A model generated the notes under the pieces. The model was not told the origin of the DNA. It saw only the letters and a list, made by a program, of their open reading frames with translations, and did no database searches. Below are positions 61,845 through 64,000 of a DNA stretch of 64,000 nucleotides, piece by piece. Position 1 is the first letter of the stretch; each line of letters opens with the position of its first letter. Source of the DNA: Promethearchaeota archaeon (lineage in GTDB: Archaea; Asgardarchaeota; Lokiarchaeia; Sigyniarchaeales; SOKP01); assembly GCA_016840085.1 (NCBI GenBank), contig JAEOTA010000081.1:96001-160000 (forward strand), in the 5' to 3' direction. Position numbers and translations under genes: made by a program.

Positions 61845-62263
61845 TGGAGAACGATTGCAGATCTTAACCAAAATATTAATATATATGGATAAATCAGGTA
61901 CCGTTAGTCCAGAAATCCAGAGAAAAAGGCTATATTTTTTGTGATGGGATCATTTGCAGTGAAAAAGAAGGACCTCTTGAGCCTGATCCAAAAAAAATTG
62001 GTATTATTATTGGGGGTTATGATCCTGCAATGATAGATCTAACAATAGCAGAATTATTTAATTATGATTATAAAAAAATACCTCAATTATATAAATTATT
62101 TAATCTTAAAACTAGAAAAATTTCTACTAATAATCCTACAGATTTGAGATTATATTCAAATTATTCTAATTGGAATAAAAAAGATATTAACACCTTAAAT
62201 CATAGAATAAATTTCACGCTTAGTTCTGGATGGATACATCATATTGAAAAAAATAATAGGTAG
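61845..62263 (+). pseudogene. DUF362-family protein, frameshifted 3' fragment
   Basis: WRTIADLNQ / ILIYMDKSG...QRKRLY / CDGIICSEKEGPLEPDPKKIGIIIGGYDPAMIDLTIAELFNYDYKKIP matches my recollection of DUF362 C-termini. Confidence 0.7.
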
Positions 62264-62334
62264 AAAAGAAATATAAAAATATTTTTTTGAAAAATGAAAT
62301 TTAAAAATTTTACCCTTTAATCATCAATATCAAT

Positions 62335-62462
62335 TAAAATGGGCCCAATGGATTACAAGATTCAGAAAAAAAGCACTAATTTTAGATTATGGATGTGGTT
62401 TAGGAAAAGTTGTTTTAGCGGGAAGGAAAATCGGATTAAACATACTTGGAGCAGACATGTTT
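62335..62462 (+). pseudogene. SAM methyltransferase 5' fragment
   Basis: WAQWITRFRKKALILDYGCGLGKVVLAGRKIGLNILGADMF (motif I and post-I), then the sequence switches to flippase. Confidence 0.7.
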
Positions 62463-63765
62463 TTCAGATTACATTGGAACTTATTTTATGATTAAAGTAG
62501 TATTATTAATTATCAATATTATAATTACGTTAGGATTATTAGCAATATTACAAATATGGAGCACTGTATTTATTGTGTTCAGCTTACTTTTACTCTTTTC
62601 TAAAATTTTCTTTTGTATAGGAAATATATTTATAGTTAACCTAAGGATAAAGCTTAAAATTTTCAAGGCTGAAATGCCTAATTTTTTCGTTATAACTGGG
62701 AATAGTCTTTCAATAATTTATCTTGCATTCAATACATCTCATATTTCTGATCCGATATTATACCTAAGCGTTTCAAATTTCATATTTTATACATTTTTTG
62801 TAATAATAATATTTTATCTGTCGAAAAATGAGATTAAAATTAACAACCCTAAGAAAGATTTAGCTCGTAATTACATTAAAGATGCAAAACCTTTAATATT
62901 CTTTTCAATGATATCGATAATAGCAACATACTTAGGAAATCTGATTCTCTATTATTCATTTGGTAATGAGTCTCTTGGTTATTTTAGCAGTGTAAACACA
63001 TATTTAATTCCTGTTTTATTATTAATCTCAGGAAGTATTAGTTCGATATATTTAGCTCTTTTTTCACAAGATTTTGAAAAGGAAGATTTTAATTCGATAA
63101 AAACAACTTTGTACATCATTGAAAATTACTCTTCAATCTTATTCCTGTCTATTATAATAATAATTCTCCTTAATGGAGAGTTAATTATATCAATATTTTT
63201 ACCGAACTTTCTTGAAGCTGTTCCTATTCTTTATATTATGATATTCATGCCCTATCTCATCGCAATCTCTCAACCATATAGCTGGCTCCTAGTCGCAGGA
63301 AAAAAGCAAAAAATTAATGCTCGTGTGAATTCTTTTGTCTCTATCCTCATAATTTTTTTAATGCTTTACTTTATTCCACAAGAATTATTTTTCTTTCAAA
63401 CTTTAGGTTTAGGTGTAATAGGTGATGCTTTAGCTCAAACAATTCCATGGATTTTTTGGACATTTCTATGTCGTTATTATATTAACAAAACTCTTAACAT
63501 AAAATATCAAAAAACAATGATTTTACAGTTTTTTTTAGCAATTCTGACAATAATAATTACATTCTTTATCAAAATCTTTCTTAATGGCATATTTCCTGGA
63601 AATCTCATTTTACTACTAACATTATCATCAATTATAGCAATGGGTATATTTATTGGGTTTTTAATCATTTTTAAAGAACTAAAAAGAGAAGATTTATCAT
63701 TCTTCATTGAAATTTTGAAATTAAAAAGTTACACCGAATCCGTAAAAAAAGAATTTACACGTTAG
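62460..63765 (+). pseudogene. Wzx-type flippase lacking its N-terminal helices
   Basis: Polytopic, with AKPL, LGYFS and AVPILYIM; lacks the N-terminal region present in 7067..8728; the 5' side is occupied by methyltransferase sequence. Confidence 0.7.
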
Positions 63766-64000
63766 GGAGCAGTTTTTATTTCAGTTTTAAATGATTTATC
63801 TTCAATAATTTCAACGTAAGAATTTTTTTCTAAATTGTATTTTTTATAATAAAATAATTTTTTTGCTTTTTCTATATTCATAATCAAAGTATCAATCATG
63901 ACATTTCCAACAAAAAAAATTTTAGAGGAATCAATCCCTTCTCTTTTTAAATTAATTTCAGCACTTTTTTCAGTTGTAAATAAAAAATCTGACAACTGAT
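63762..64000 (-). pseudogene. wecB: UDP-GlcNAc 2-epimerase, internal part (5' end outside the window), apparently truncated
   Basis: LSDFLFTTEKSAEINLKREGI...FVGNVMIDTL. The expected TLHR motif and C-terminal domain do not follow YV, and a stop comes 16 codons later. Confidence 0.8.

Noticed and set aside
7234-63707. Short ORFs nested in or antisense to long genes (e.g. 7234, 7342, 9760, 17417, 18730, 24745, 33748, 33906, 36961, 41421, 41884, 43536, 45183, 49870, 50470, 50716, 51295, 55070, 59957, 62481, 63507)
   Set aside because: Shadow frames of well-supported CDSs, with no independent motifs.

Overview
Very AT-rich prokaryotic DNA that is almost entirely one large cell-surface glycosylation locus. 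An Asgard archaeon (Lokiarchaeia/Promethearchaeota-like) is my best guess at the source, with moderate confidence. The guess rests on base composition, mostly monocistronic strand-alternating genes, an ISH3-like transposase relic and GT2s with N-terminal extensions. The window holds 9 intact GT4 glycosyltransferases plus relics, 3 polyprenol-phosphate-sugar-synthase-like GT2s, 5 large GT-C-like polytopic membrane proteins (two in tandem) and 2 Wzx-type flippases. It also encodes glycan-decorating enzymes: a pyruvyltransferase with a FrhB-like oxidoreductase, a TagF-like glycerophosphotransferase, methyl-, formyl- and sulfotransferases, a tandem nucleotidyltransferase and a ParB/Srx-methyltransferase fusion. 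A nonulosonic-acid (pseudaminic/legionaminic-like) pathway lies at about 39.5-52.5 kb, downstream of an ABC-2 transporter. The locus is turning over: there are about a dozen pseudogenes or fragments, abrupt gene-gene junctions, patchy near-identity between paralogs and a 51-bp direct repeat around one methyltransferase. I recognised no rRNA, tRNA or CRISPR array. The best candidates for new biology are the ParB/Srx-fold plus WbdD-like methyltransferase fusion, the hybrid and heavily tailored nonulosonate pathway, the expanded GT-C-like family with neighbouring GT2s, and the double nucleotidyltransferase. All functional calls come from reading motifs by eye; no searches were run.
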